Made by a program: the position numbers and the translations under genes. From assembly GCF_963921235.1 (NCBI RefSeq), contig NC_086108.1:40178001-40242000 (forward strand): a stretch of DNA of 64,000 nucleotides. Reading direction: 5' to 3'. Shown here piece after piece: positions 10,395-22,603 of this stretch (position 1 is the stretch's first letter; each line of letters begins with the position of its first letter). This DNA comes from Mobula hypostoma. Its lineage: Eukaryota. Below the pieces are notes generated by a model. The model ran no database searches and was not told the origin of the DNA. It worked only from the letters and a program-made list of their open reading frames with translations.

Positions 10395-12860
10395 TTGCAC
10401 CACTCCACCCTCAGGATCCCTCCCCCACCGCTGTTCGCCAACCTGACCCCCGACTGTAAACCTGTGACAACTAAAAGCAGGAGGTACAGCGCGGGGGACA
10501 GAGCTTTCATTAAGTTGGAGGTGCAGCGGCTGCTCAGGGAGGGGGTCACTGAGGCAAGTACAAGTCCTTGGAGGGCGCAGGTGGTGGTTGTTCGGAACGG
10601 GGAGAAGAATAGGATGGTCGTTGTCTATAGCCAGACCATCAATAGGTTCACGCAGCTCGACGCGTACCCTCTACCCCGCATCGCGGATATGGTCAATCAG
10701 ATAGCACAGTACAAGGTGTACTCGACCATAGACCTAAAATCCGCTTACCATCAGCTCCTCATTCGCCGGGAGGACCGCCCTTACACCGCTTTCGAGGCGG
10801 ACGGCAGGCTTTATCAATTCCTGCGCATCCCCTTCGGTGTCACGAATAGTGTATCTGTTTTCCAGAGGGCAATGGACCAGATGGTGGACGAGTGCCAACT
10901 GAAGGCCACGCTCCCATATCTGGATAACATCACCATCTGTGGTCACGACTGGCAGGATCATGACAACAACCTCCAAAAATTTCTCCAAGCGGCCAAAGCT
11001 TTCAATCTCACCTATAACAAGGACAAGTGTGTATTCGGGACCACCCAACTTGCTATCCTTGGGTGTGTCGTGGAGAATGGAGTCATTGGCCCTGACCCCG
11101 ACCGTATATGCCCCCTGTTGGAACTCCCTCTTCCCAACACCCTCAGAGCCCTCAAAAGGTGCCTGGGCTTCCTTTCATATTACACCCAATGGGTCTCTAA
11201 CTATGCAGACAAGGCCCGCCCCCTGGTCAAGTCCACCACATTCCCCCTCTCTGCCAAGGCCCGCGCGGCCTTCAACCGCATAAAAGGGGACATTGCCAAA
11301 GCAGCAATGCATGCGGTGGATGAGGCCATCCCCTTCCAAGTAGAGAGTGACGCCTCCAACTTTGCACCGGCTGCTACCCTCAACCAGGCAGGAAGACCAG
11401 TGGCATTCTTCTCCCGTACCCTTCAAGGCCCTGAAATTCGGCACTCTGTGGTAGAGAAAGAGGCCCAGGCCATAGTGGAAGCTATAAGGCACTGGAGGCA
11501 CTATCTTGCCGGCAAAAGGTTCACCCTGCTAACTGACCAGCGCTCAGTCGCATTCATGTTTAATAATCAGCAGCGGAGCAAAATCAAAAATGATAAAATT
11601 CTGAGGTGGAGAATCGAGCTCTCCGCCTACAACTATGACATCATGTACAGGCCTGGGAAGCTCAACGAGCCCTCCGATGCCCTATCCCGGGGAACGTGCG
11701 CCAGCACGCAGATCGACCGGCTATACGCCCTACATGTAGATCTTTGCCACCCGGGGGTCACCCGCTTTTTCTACTTCGTGAAAGCCCAGAACCTGCCTTA
11801 CTCCCTTGAGGAGATCAGGACGATGACCAGGGACTGCCAGGTCTGCACAGAGTGCAGACCGCACTTCTACCGACCCGAAAAGGCACAACTCATCAAGGCC
11901 ACCCGCCCTTTTGAGCGACTGAGTGTTGACTTTAAGGGCCCCCTTCCCTCCACCGACCACAATGTGTACTTTCTTAACGTAATTGACGAGTACTCGCGGT
12001 TCCCCTTCGCCATCCCCTGCCCCAACGCCACTACCATGTCAGTTATAAAAGCCCTGCGCAAGCTCTTCACTCTGTTCGGATACCCATGCTATATCCACAG
12101 TGACAGAGGGTCCTCGTTTATGAGTGATGAGCTGCTCCAATACCTGCCGGCTAGGGGTATCGCAACCAGTAGGACCACGAGCTATAATCCCCGGGGGAAT
12201 GGACAGGTAGAGAAGGAGAATGGCACAGTGTGGAAAGCCACACTCTTAGCCCTCAGGTCAAAGAGACTGCCGGTCTCTCGCTGGCAGGAGGTCCTTCCCG
12301 AGGCACTCCACTCCATCCGCTCCCTGTTATGCACAGCCACCAATGCCACCCCTCATGAGGGGCTCTTTTCTTTTCCCAGAAAATCGACCACTGGGACGAC
12401 CCTACCAACTTGGCTGACGTCCCCAGGGCCAGTGCTGCACCGGAAACAGGCGAGGAGCAATAAGTACACCCCGATGGTCGAGAGGGTTCACTTACTTCAT
12501 GCGAACCCCCAGTATACCTACGTAGTTTTACCTGATGGGCGGGAGGACACGGTCTCCATTCGCGACTTGGCTCCCGCAGGAGCACCGGGCCCCTACTCTG
12601 AACACTCCATGGTGACTATTGACCCCGTACCCACCAATGTATGTACTTACGAGACACCGTGCACTCCAAGCCCTACACAGACACCACACGACACTCCCAT
12701 ACCAGGCGCGACGCACACGCACGAGGGATTACCGACGCCTAACGTGCTGGCACCTCAAGTCAGGCTGGAGCCAGCACAACCGCCATCGCCGGTGCAATCA
12801 CCGCCGGTGCTACGTAGATCACAGCGACGGACTCGACCGCCTGATAGACTTAACCTGTAA
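10395..12860 (+). CDS. pol: Gypsy A pol (RT, RNase H, integrase), open frame
   Basis: SPW, YPLPRI, IDLKSAYHQ, PFG, YLDN; ESDAS, EKEAQAI, TDQ; HH-CC zinc finger and DDE core (SVDFKGP, HSDRGSSF, NGQVEKEN). The start is a frameshift artefact, not a real ATG. Confidence 0.92.
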   Translation: MHHSTLRIPPPPLFANLTPDCKPVTTKSRRYSAGDRAFIKLEVQRLLREGVTEASTSPWRAQVVVVRNGEKNRMVVVYSQTINRFTQLDAYPLPRIADMVNQIAQYKVYSTIDLKSAYHQLLIRREDRPYTAFEADGRLYQFLRIPFGVTNSVSVFQRAMDQMVDECQLKATLPYLDNITICGHDWQDHDNNLQKFLQAAKAFNLTYNKDKCVFGTTQLAILGCVVENGVIGPDPDRICPLLELPLPNTLRALKRCLGFLSYYTQWVSNYADKARPLVKSTTFPLSAKARAAFNRIKGDIAKAAMHAVDEAIPFQVESDASNFAPAATLNQAGRPVAFFSRTLQGPEIRHSVVEKEAQAIVEAIRHWRHYLAGKRFTLLTDQRSVAFMFNNQQRSKIKNDKILRWRIELSAYNYDIMYRPGKLNEPSDALSRGTCASTQIDRLYALHVDLCHPGVTRFFYFVKAQNLPYSLEEIRTMTRDCQVCTECRPHFYRPEKAQLIKATRPFERLSVDFKGPLPSTDHNVYFLNVIDEYSRFPFAIPCPNATTMSVIKALRKLFTLFGYPCYIHSDRGSSFMSDELLQYLPARGIATSRTTSYNPRGNGQVEKENGTVWKATLLALRSKRLPVSRWQEVLPEALHSIRSLLCTATNATPHEGLFSFPRKSTTGTTLPTWLTSPGPVLHRKQARSNKYTPMVERVHLLHANPQYTYVVLPDGREDTVSIRDLAPAGAPGPYSEHSMVTIDPVPTNVCTYETPCTPSPTQTPHDTPIPGATHTHEGLPTPNVLAPQVRLEPAQPPSPVQSPPVLRRSQRRTRPPDRLNL

Positions 12861-12911
12861 ATATACTTCTTGTAAATATTGTCAGTCACTTCACCCCGCG
12901 GGACTCTTTTT

Positions 12912-12930
12912 GAAAAAAAGGAGAGGTGAA
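12912..12930 (+). promoter_or_regulatory. Polypurine tract of Gypsy A
   Basis: gaaaaaaaggagaggtgaa immediately before the 3' LTR. Confidence 0.85.
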
Positions 12931-13163
12931 TGTGGTAAACCATGTATATATGTTGTAACTGGTTAACTGTCTGGACACACCCCTCTGCTGACTGCCCCTG
13001 TGGCTCCTCCCACAGAGTCCTGAATAAAGGTGATTTCATCTTGCCCCTCTCCCTCAGTCCAGGGGCAGACACTCAGCATGGAGGTCATATTGTTGTACAG
13101 CGAATAAAAGCCTTTCAGTATTTTACCCAACCTCAGTCTTTTGAGGTTATTGAAGGTGCTTCA
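12931..13163 (+). repeat. 3' LTR of Gypsy A
   Basis: Direct repeat of 8693-8924, followed by the TSD. Confidence 0.95.
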
Positions 13164-16100
13164 CAGGTGTGTAAGTGTACCTAATAAAGTGGCCACTGAG
13201 TAGAATCCTCTCGGGTGCTGGCTAATTGGTTGAAAGCAAAATGGTCTAATTCTTCAGTTGTTCATGATAGTCCCCTCATATTGGTTCCGCCCTATGTTCT
13301 AATGTCTTCAGGCCTCAATATATGTTGAAAACACCCTTTACGCAGCTAGATTGTTTTGCAGGTCAACAGGATGGCTAGTAGCAGAATGATAACCAAAAGC
13401 ATAACACAAATCTTTCTCATGCATCTTTAATCTTAAGCCAGTGCTATTCGAGTTGCAAAATTTGTGTGGTAAAACATGTGCCCCACATATTTCAAATACA
13501 ATTGTGAAAAAAATCACAACTTAGTTACATTAGTTGGTAGCATGAATTTCCAGCATCTGCAGAATTCCTCGTGATAACTTAGTTACATGTGGCTTTCAGA
13601 TTTCTTTCAAAACTGCCAGATGACAGAAAATTTCAACCATTTTGCAGAACAAACTTTGAAATGGAAAATGGTCAAAGCAAATTTAAAGCCATCATGGGGA
13701 ATTTGTACAGAGAAATATTGGGATAAAAGTGTTTCAAGAGTGTAGATATTTTATTAACATCAAGGTTTTTTTTGGTAAACAGCCAAAACTGTCAGTACAT
13801 ACAAAGATGATCACAAAACCTGGAAGGTGATTGTAAACATGAGGCTTGATCATTAAGAACTTATCAAAATGTTAAACTAAAGCAAGTCTTAAAAAAAGTT
13901 GATTTTACTTGTAAAGCTAGCCAGAGTCAGCTGTTAGTGTATTAAAAGCTAAGCCTCACATCAGCAGAGAGAAAATTCATTTTTCTGGTTGAAAGAACCA
14001 TGTTTTTTGGCAAGAAAATGGTGAAATGGAGGCCTAAAGAGGATGTGGTTATTGAAGGCAGAAACTGAGGTCAGAAGCAGTTGAGAAGACAAGGTCGGAA
14101 TACACAGAAGTAAGTTAAGTCAGCAGCGCGGGCAAGGCCAGTTGTACCTTAAAAGAACAGCTTATTATATTCTGAAAGAGTTGTTATATCTGTGCAGAAG
14201 TGACGTTCCAGGTAAGTTGAAGAAACATAGTACAGGTACCCGAGTGAAACCTAACAAATAAAAGCAGAACTTCTGAATGCTCATGGGGCCTGATAAGAGA
14301 GGGAGGAAAGCAATTTAACTTTGGTTTGCAAAATACTAACTTCCCATTTACAGCTGCAAATGCACCCACTGTCAAATAGTTGTGGTATAGCTTGTACTGT
14401 TATACTGAAAACAGGCTTTTATTCCGGGAAGAAAATAAAAGTAATTTTAGAAACCAAGTACAAGGGGTACTGCAAACAAGGAAGTGCATGTATCATACTT
14501 ACTCTTTTAAGGACAAGCCAATCTGATACGCACACATAAACACGAACATACAACCCTTTTGGAGATGGGCATATTGCTAAAGACAAAAGCAATCAAACTA
14601 ATGATACAGCATGAAGTAATTAATACCTCAGAGCCTTAACACATCAGCCTGTAAAACGTGTTGATTGACGCTGTTAAGTAGTAGGCTTTATTAATGTAAT
14701 AATTTTACCTTGGAAGGGGTAACAGATTGTGCAGCAATTAAATTCCCTTAAGAAAAGCAATAAATATCTGCACTAAAGATATCACAGGTCTGGAATGAGG
14801 AATTTACATGGCACTCTATATTGACTATTTATGTTTTTCACTCAAACGCCTGCTGCTTGTAGTGTTGTATGTTTTACAAAATGGTTTTGTTTACCAAGGG
14901 TTATAATAGGTGTGGGCTTTATTGATTAATGCAGCCTCCTGGATTCAGATCTTTCTTAAATAGTATGATACTGTATTATTAAATGAAATTGTGCTTAACC
15001 AGATGTTCAGGGTGTTCAGCTTTTCTATGAAAGAATATATGATAACCTTACATGTTGCCTGAGTTAAATATTATGTCTTTATGAAATAATATTTTATTAA
15101 TAGAGGGGTGCCTTTCTTTGGATAAATCCAGCAGTCATGAGCAATGATGTTGTAAACACAGAGGCTGAGAGTATGGGACAGGATTTCCAGATTTCATTGT
15201 GCAATGTTTGTATTGTCACAACAGTGAAAACAAAGGCTGGAGGTGCTCTACAAGGCATTCCAGGATTTTACAATGGCATTTACAGTGGCAGAAAGGTTTA
15301 ACTATTCTGCAGGCAAACTTTGAAGTGGCAAATGCTCAAATAAAATTTAAAGCCATCATGGGGAATTGGTACAGAGAAATATTGAATATAAACACAGTAT
15401 TAATCTTGTCTGAAACAGCAGCTTTTACGAAAATAGCCACGCAGAAATCTCTGATTTACTAAGCTCTCCAGCTGTTGACACATGCTTCTGTGCTGAGTCC
15501 AGTTTGCTTTCGTTTTTTTGATTTCCCTTTGAAAGCATTCTTTATATCCCTTTTCAGACTGTACTTCCTGGCAGTGCGATGAGGGGAAAAAGCAATGATT
15601 TGTCTTCTGAAATGTTATAAATTCCACCATTTGAAATGAACAAAATGGCCTTTCAATAATAACTGGCTGCTACTTGCTGGTCTGGCCTGATACTTTTAAA
15701 AGTATGTTTTTATTTTTATAAATAGAAATTTCAATTTGATGCCCTACCACAAATGGAAATGACTCTCTAACTGACTTCTCAGAAAAGGAGTGAAGCTGTT
15801 TTTTATTTATATAAGTAATAGTTTTGATATTCCCCTTGATCGAAAGCTAGAAGCGCAGGAGATCCATTATGCTCGTAAACGAAGATCTTAGCACTGACTT
15901 GAGCAGGACTTAATGTGCTTATTCCCTGCTGACTATAAATGATGCAGGAATGCAGCCAATGATGTCCGCGGTGTGCATTGGCTGCAGTACTGTCAAGGAG
16001 AAAGGAAGAGTGCAGACATTGTGAATTTCTCACATTTTTAAAGGCAGCTGATTCCTCTCAAAAGGGAGACGCATCCTGTGGGCATCAAGATTCTCTGATG

Positions 16101-16344
16101 CTCCCTGGTAGAGAGGAAGAAGGAGATCCTCCTTCCACCTTGGGTACAGGAAATGAGAAGCTCCTTTGCTAGTAGGAAGACATTTCCAGACTTGCCAATT
16201 CCAGGAGCATTAAACCTAAGACAAGGGTTCTCCACTGCAAGAAATTCAATGACCCAACTTGAGTTATTAAGGTAAGAAAGTTGCTTTTTTTAAAACTCCC
16301 TGATCTGAACAGCATCAGATAAATCCTAATTAAATTTAAATTAG

Positions 16345-17490
16345 TCCTATTTAAGTTTGCTGACAACAACGCTGTCGTTGGCCGAATCAAAGGTGGTGAT
16401 GAATCAGCATGTGGGAGGGAGATTGAAAATCTGGCTGAGTGGTGCCACAACAACAGCCTCTCACTTAACGTCAGCAAGACCAAGGAGCTGATTATTGACT
16501 TTAGAAGAAGGAAACGGAAGGTCCATGAGCCAGTACTCGTTAGGTGATCAGAGGTAGAGAGGGTCAGTAACTTCAAATTCCTCAGTGTTATCATTTCAGA
16601 GGATCTGATCTGGGTCCAGCACATAAGTGCCATTACAAAGAAATCACGGCAGTGGCTCTACTTTCTTAGAAGTTTGCAAAGATTTTGCATGTCATCTAAA
16701 ACTTCGACAAACTTCTATAGATGTGTAGTGGAGAGTATATTGACTGCTGCACCGTGGCCTGGTAGGGAAACACCATCCTATTGAACAGAAAAATCCTACA
16801 AAAAGAAGTAGATGCGGCTCAGTACATCACAGGTAAAGTCCTCCCTACCACTGAGCACATCTTCATGGAGCGCTGTTTCAAAAAAGCAGCATCTATTATC
16901 AAGGACCCCCATCATCCAACCCATGCTCACTTCTTATCGCTGCCACCAGGAAGGAGGTACAGGAGCCTCAGGACCCACACCACAGGTCCAGGAACAGATG
17001 TCACCCGATAACCATTAGGAAGGAGGTGCAGGAGCCTCAGGACCCACACCACAGGTTCAGGAACAGATGTCACCCGATAACCATTAGGAAGGAGGTGCAG
17101 GAGCCTCAGGACCCACACCACAGGTTCAGGAACGGATGTCACCTGGTAACGATCAGGCTCTGGAACTAGAGGTGATAACTTCATTCAACTTCACTTAACC
17201 CATTACTAAACTGTTCCCACAACATATATATTCACTTTGAAGGACTCTTTCTCTCATGTCCTTGACATTTATTGCTTATTTATTCATTATTATGATTATT
17301 TCCTTTTTTTTTTCATTTTGGTTTTGCAGTTTTCACATTGGTTGTCTGTCTGTCCTTTTGGGGCAGGCTTTCATTGATACTATTGTGTTTCCTTTATTTA
17401 CTAAAACTGCCCACAAAAAAAGATCAGGGTTATATATCATGACACATATGCTCTTTGATAGTAAATTTACTTTGAACTTTGAACTTTGAA
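16345..17490 (+). mobile_element. Rex1/Babar LINE 3' fragment with internal 3x69-bp duplication
   Basis: KFADNNAVVGRI..., [19 protein letters not shown] motifs; tail ending (ctttgaa)n. Confidence 0.85.
16948..17154 (+). repeat. 69-bp tandem repeat x3
   Basis: Units start at 16948, 17017 and 17086. Confidence 0.92.
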
Positions 17491-17694
17491 TTAGTAATGG
17501 CACTACAATTACCACAACAAACTTCACCAGTACCTCCTTTTCTTCATACTCACCTAACTTCTCTTTTCTCTTGTGAAACTCACAACCCTTATGCGACCCA
17601 GCAATTACTCTCTCATAACAGAAATGGAATAAGCTGGAAGCATTCCGAAAGCTGGGCCAAGTAGACACAACATTTCGGGTCAGAGACCTTCTTC

Positions 17695-17940
17695 AGGTTC
17701 AGATTCAGAATTCTCTGTCACAAGTACATTGAAACATACAGTGAGGTGTGTTGCTGGTGTTAACAACCAACAATGTGCTGGGGCAGCCCGCAGGTGTCGC
17801 TGGTCATTCCTTTGCTCAGATAGCATGCCCACGACGCTCAACAGTACAACACAGGACACAGCAAGCAACAAAACCGACTGCCGCTAAACAAGCTACTTTC
17901 CTCCCTTCCACCCACCTACCCACTCAGAATGAGTGACACG
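17695..17940 (-). mobile_element. SINE-like 3' fragment (same family as 24105-24930)
   Basis: Shared acatacagtga...aaccaaca...tgctggggc..ccc segment. Confidence 0.5.
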
Positions 17941-19031
17941 ATGACTCCATTCTCCAAGCTCCTCTCGAGAACCCCCCACGAACTCATTCTCGGGGAAGTC
18001 ATAAATGACACCAAATCCTAGACTCCCATAAATGTAGGAAGCTTCTGCCTATAAAATCTTCATATCAGTCAACAATAGCTTCCTATATGTGGAGTGGGTC
18101 ACATTTGAGGGTGCGGCAACTCAAAGCTCGAAAGAAGTGGTTAAGGTTTCCTTTAAGTTTAATTCTATTTTTTTCCCCACTGTTGAAGCTCTCAACAAAC
18201 CTCTACCCTTTCTGAACACCACAACTTAACCCACGTTTCTCCATTACTTTCAGCTGCCACAAATATCGAACACAAGGCTGGCTTCCAGAAGATGCTATGC
18301 TATTTCATTTGATTTTTGCAAGCGTCAGCTCAAATAATTATGTCATATAATTATTAGACCCTAGAGTAGAGGAGACAGCTGCACAAGATGACTCACCAGA
18401 CAGTTGGGCTATGAGTGGGATAATGGGATGCTGCAGGTGTGAAGAAAACAGAGGCTGAGCTCATCGTTGGTGTTAGTGAATGTAGCTGCGCCTTTCAAAT
18501 GCCCTGGTAACAGCAGTGCCAAATCTCTAATAGCCGCAATAGCACGGCACAATTGCTCAACTTGGGCAGCTGCAGTTCCCTCAAGAAGCTGGCAGCCATA
18601 TCCTTCAGGCCCATGGATACCTGAGGTGATCATTAAAGTCATTGCAAATGTGTTGTTTGCAAGTGCAACAACCTTTTCACCTTCCAAGCTAACTTTCACT
18701 GTCAATATACTTCACAGATAAATAAACCAGACAAAATTTTCATGGTTGGCATAGGGTCAACTTTGTCAGTGCTGAAGTGCTGATTGGGTCTCATTTTTCA
18801 AAAATGTGGTTTTTAGTCTGATTTGATCTTGATATTAATAAATCTGAAGATGATGATGATGTGAGTGGAGGAATGGATTTGAGGTGTTGACTATGAGGAT
18901 TCACTGAAAACTGGATGGTGGATAGCTCATTCAGGCATATACTGAACACAGGAAAGTGAAATGAAGTCAGCCCTTGGAGATTACTTACACCTGGAAGCAG
19001 ACAATTATTGAATGTAGAATTGTGCAGGAAT

Positions 19032-19532
19032 AGCACATAGAAACATTGAAATCTACAGCACATTACAGGCCCTTCAGCTCACAATCCTGTGGTGACCATG
19101 TAACCTACTCCAGAAGCTGCCTAGAATTTCCCTAGTGCATAGCCCTCTATTTTTTTAAGCTCCATGTACCTATCTGAGAGTCTCTTAAAAGACCCTATTG
19201 TATCCGCCTGTACCACCTTCACTGGCAGTGCATTCCATGCACCCACCACTCTGTGTGAAAAACTTATCCCTGGCATCCCCCTTGTACCTACTTCCAAGCA
19301 CCTTAAAACTATGCCCCCTGGTGTTAGCTATTTCAGCCCTGGGAACAAGCCTATGGCTATCCACAAGATCAATGCCTCTCATCATCTTATACAACTCTAT
19401 CAGGTCACCTCTCATCCTCTGTTGCTCCAAGAAGAAAAGGCCGAGTTCACTCAACCTCATAAAGCCCGCTCTCCAATCCAGGCAACATTCTTGTAAATCT
19501 CCTCTGCACTCTCTCTATAGTATCCACATCTT
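19032..19532 (-). mobile_element. CR1 3' fragment
   Basis: ERVQRRFTRMLPGL and RLSELGLFFLEQQRMRGDLIELYK..TRGHSFKV on the minus strand; ttctatg tail. Confidence 0.85.
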
Positions 19533-22500
19533 TACTCTGTGGAGGAAAATAATTTGGTTTTGACTGTTGAAGGACACCTAAAGGTAGCCAAAAGTTAACT
19601 GATAATGAACAATCAGCAATTAGTAAGAAACAAGATACCTGCAACTAATCTGTAAATTCTTCATAACTCTTTAAGTAGTACTAGTGAATGGAGGTTCTCC
19701 CATTATGTTCTGCTGGGTAAACTGAGCACACTGTGGATGTAGTACTGATGCATTGGCTAGTTTGCATCTTATAGGATTCTCGTTGCTGACTGAGATTCTT
19801 GCCAGATTTATGCCCATCTTATCCAGGAAGAAGTGTTTCCTTGCTGCCATGTTATGAGGTGGTAGTCCTGAGAAAATAAGGCAACAAAGCTAACGTGCCA
19901 ATGGTAATCCTACTTCACAAGCCCATGTGGTATTTCTTCTTGTGAGGTAATTTTTAACATTAAGTCAAACCGAACCTCAAAACAAGGCTCTTAGTGAGTT
20001 TAGAGTAGAGCTTTATGATTCAGCCCCCACCACTTTGATTCTGATGTAATGTCACTGCTAAGTGGGTAAGAAAGTCTGTTGTGTTCAACCAGACAATACT
20101 GAATCTGACCTACTTCCGCCCTTTGTGCCTCGTACTGTCTAATAAAACTTACCCAACACTTAAGTTAGCACTTCGTTGCATGCAAAATTTTCCATGCTTC
20201 TTTCCACAAGGGTGTAAAAGGGAATGGTCGTTGTTGTAATCTAGCACCAATATATGAATGGACTCAATAGAGTTATCTAAACTCTGATGCATACAGAGTC
20301 TATGTTGTTTTTGAACTCTCATCCCAGCCCAAGATATCAGAAATGAGTAATTAGTTTTTTAAAAACTAGTCGATGACTAAAAACTGCACCTTTTCACATT
20401 TTGGTCAATCAATGCATTCATGTTATTTCCAAAGAAACACCTTGGGCTCTTGCTGCCATCGCTCTGACATGCTAATGGATCACAGGAACTGAACGTGGAT
20501 GAAGTGTTTAATGCTCAGTGGAGCACTTGCTATAGCCCTGAAAAGCCAGTGTGCATAGCTTGCTGTGAAAAATGACTTTGAAACAGACAGTACGAATGAC
20601 AAATGATTTGTAGCACTTCTGCGATTTACGTAATTGCCTGATGAAAATGGGGGCGTTGTAAAGTCTGGAAACTGTCCTTCTGCTGCAGAATTTAAACTTT
20701 ATTTTTAAGTCAGCGCTGCTCCACCTTTTAAAAGATTTTTGCTTACAATATGCTCCTAATCCTCTGCCAGTTTGACTCTGGGATCAGGAAGCTCCCAGCA
20801 GATGGTGTAGGAATAAACCCTCCAGAGTGTGAGGAGTCCTGTATGGTGCTTGGTCTCTAGAAAACAGTGTAGGCAGGGAAGGTATATATAATGCATGTAA
20901 AGCTTCTTAAAGTAACTGCTGCTTATCTAATTACTGATTAGAGAACCCACACACACAATTACATGTCTCATAAGGCATGTGACCCTCAATGAAGTGTGTA
21001 ACTGATTAAACTGCTGATAGAGCATCCAAGCTTATGGCCATTGGTGAAGTGCCTGGAGAAATGGTGAAGCAAGCGAGGTGATGGTCATCTGAAGACCACA
21101 TAACCTGGCACTGCCTGAAACTGCTGCTCTTCATGGTCAGGTGCTCAGAAACAGGTCCAAGGCACTGCCTCTTGAAGCTGAATTAAGCAGAGACCCAGAG
21201 CTGTGGTCTCTGATGCAGAGCGATAGGTCACCAGCAAATGGCAGTGGAACACAAAAGTTCTGGATAAGCTTCTTCCCGGTACAAATACAGAGTAAAATGT
21301 GCACGGCACTGTTGAAATGATGATTGGGGGCTTTATTCAGGAAAAAAAAAGAACGACTATTTCCTTTCCTATTATCTGGCAGCAGTCTAGTGATGTCTAT
21401 TTGCAACATGTTTCCCTGAAGGACAGTGGCCGACTTGTACCCATGTGACTAATCTCTGGGTAATCTCACTTTAACAACATTCAGCTAGCCTGTGACTACC
21501 AGCCCTGTGACATCCAAATCTATTTCTGTTCCCCAGGAAGTCCCATAATGCCTTCTATTTGCACATGGTGCAAGCAGAAGAATTTCTTTAATATGTAAGT
21601 GGACCACACATCTCCTTCTAGCTGGAGAGCATACTTTTTGTTTTACTAAAGGAATATCAAGGCCATATGATCACAGCAATTTACCTATTCTGTGTTCCAT
21701 ATTGGGTGGATCTCTGTTGCTGATGCATTTGTGCCTCTATCTTTGCGGAAGATAGACTGAAACACACTTCTAGTGTAAAGAGACCAATTCTGAACCTAAA
21801 AACTTCTCTTTTTCACACATAGTATATTAAGAACAGGATATAGATTTAACAACAAAATGCACCGATATCCTATTTCTCCTTGCAACATGAAATAATCAGT
21901 TACATTTAACTGCCTTTATTACTGACTACATTTGTTCTTAAGAAAGCAGTCTTTCTGAACAATTCCTCAGTACCTACTGGTTTAGAATGTTCTTATTTTC
22001 ATTCTGGAATGTCCCAGCCTTTCTCCAGTGAACTAGGAATTAAGGCCTTCCTGTCTTCCTGATAGTTTTGACTGTCTATGATACACTTTTAGAAACGGGA
22101 GGAGAGGCAATAAAAACAGAAAATGTTAGACTGTAGTCAGTCGGAAGACATGTGGAAAGAGAGACTCAGTTTACATCTCTGGTTGAAGACCCTTCTTTAG
22201 AACTGGGAAAGAGAGAAAACAAGTTGAGCTTAAGTTGCAGAAAGGGTTAAAAAGAATGGATAAGGAAGGGAATAATGCTAATAGAGTGAGATTAGGCTTT
22301 CCATGGGAGTAAGCTGTAAATCACATCATCTGTTTTGTGGGTAATGGGAACAGTTAAGGTGGATCTCAGAGGAGAACATGAAGCATCCTACAAATTTCCA
22401 CAGCTATTCCTTCTTTTAACTCTCACCGTTAAGCCATCAAACAGTTGACCTCATTTGCACCTTAGAGTAGAAGTATGGAAAATATTTCATGTGGGGGAAT

Positions 22501-22603
22501 TTGAAATTAGAAACAAGGAATAAAAGATTGTCACCACCAAAACGTCAGCAATAGACTCTTTACTTAGAGAATGGACTGAATATGTCATCACAGAGTGGTT
22601 GAT

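Larger units (their letters stand above)
8693..13163 (+). mobile_element. Full-length Gypsy/Ty3 LTR retrotransposon A
   Basis: TG...CA LTRs 8693-8924 and 12931-13163, 5-bp TSD CAGGT (8688-8692, 13164-13168), PPT 12912-12930, gag-PR-RT-RH-IN order. Confidence 0.97.

Noticed and set aside
9217..13184. Overlapping small ORFs as accessory or env genes of Gypsy A
   Set aside because: Alternative-frame products of GC-rich gag-pol and the LTRs; no room or motifs for env between integrase and the PPT.
14205..14217. Perfect donor CAG|GTAAGT
   Set aside because: Isolated site without a convincing acceptor or reading frame; expected occasionally by chance.
16948..17154. CRISPR array or coding repeat
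   Set aside because: Simple head-to-tail triplication within a LINE fragment.
18409..18721. 98-aa and 84-aa ORFs as proteins
   Set aside because: No recognisable family; only the embedded micro-exon signal was kept, at low confidence.
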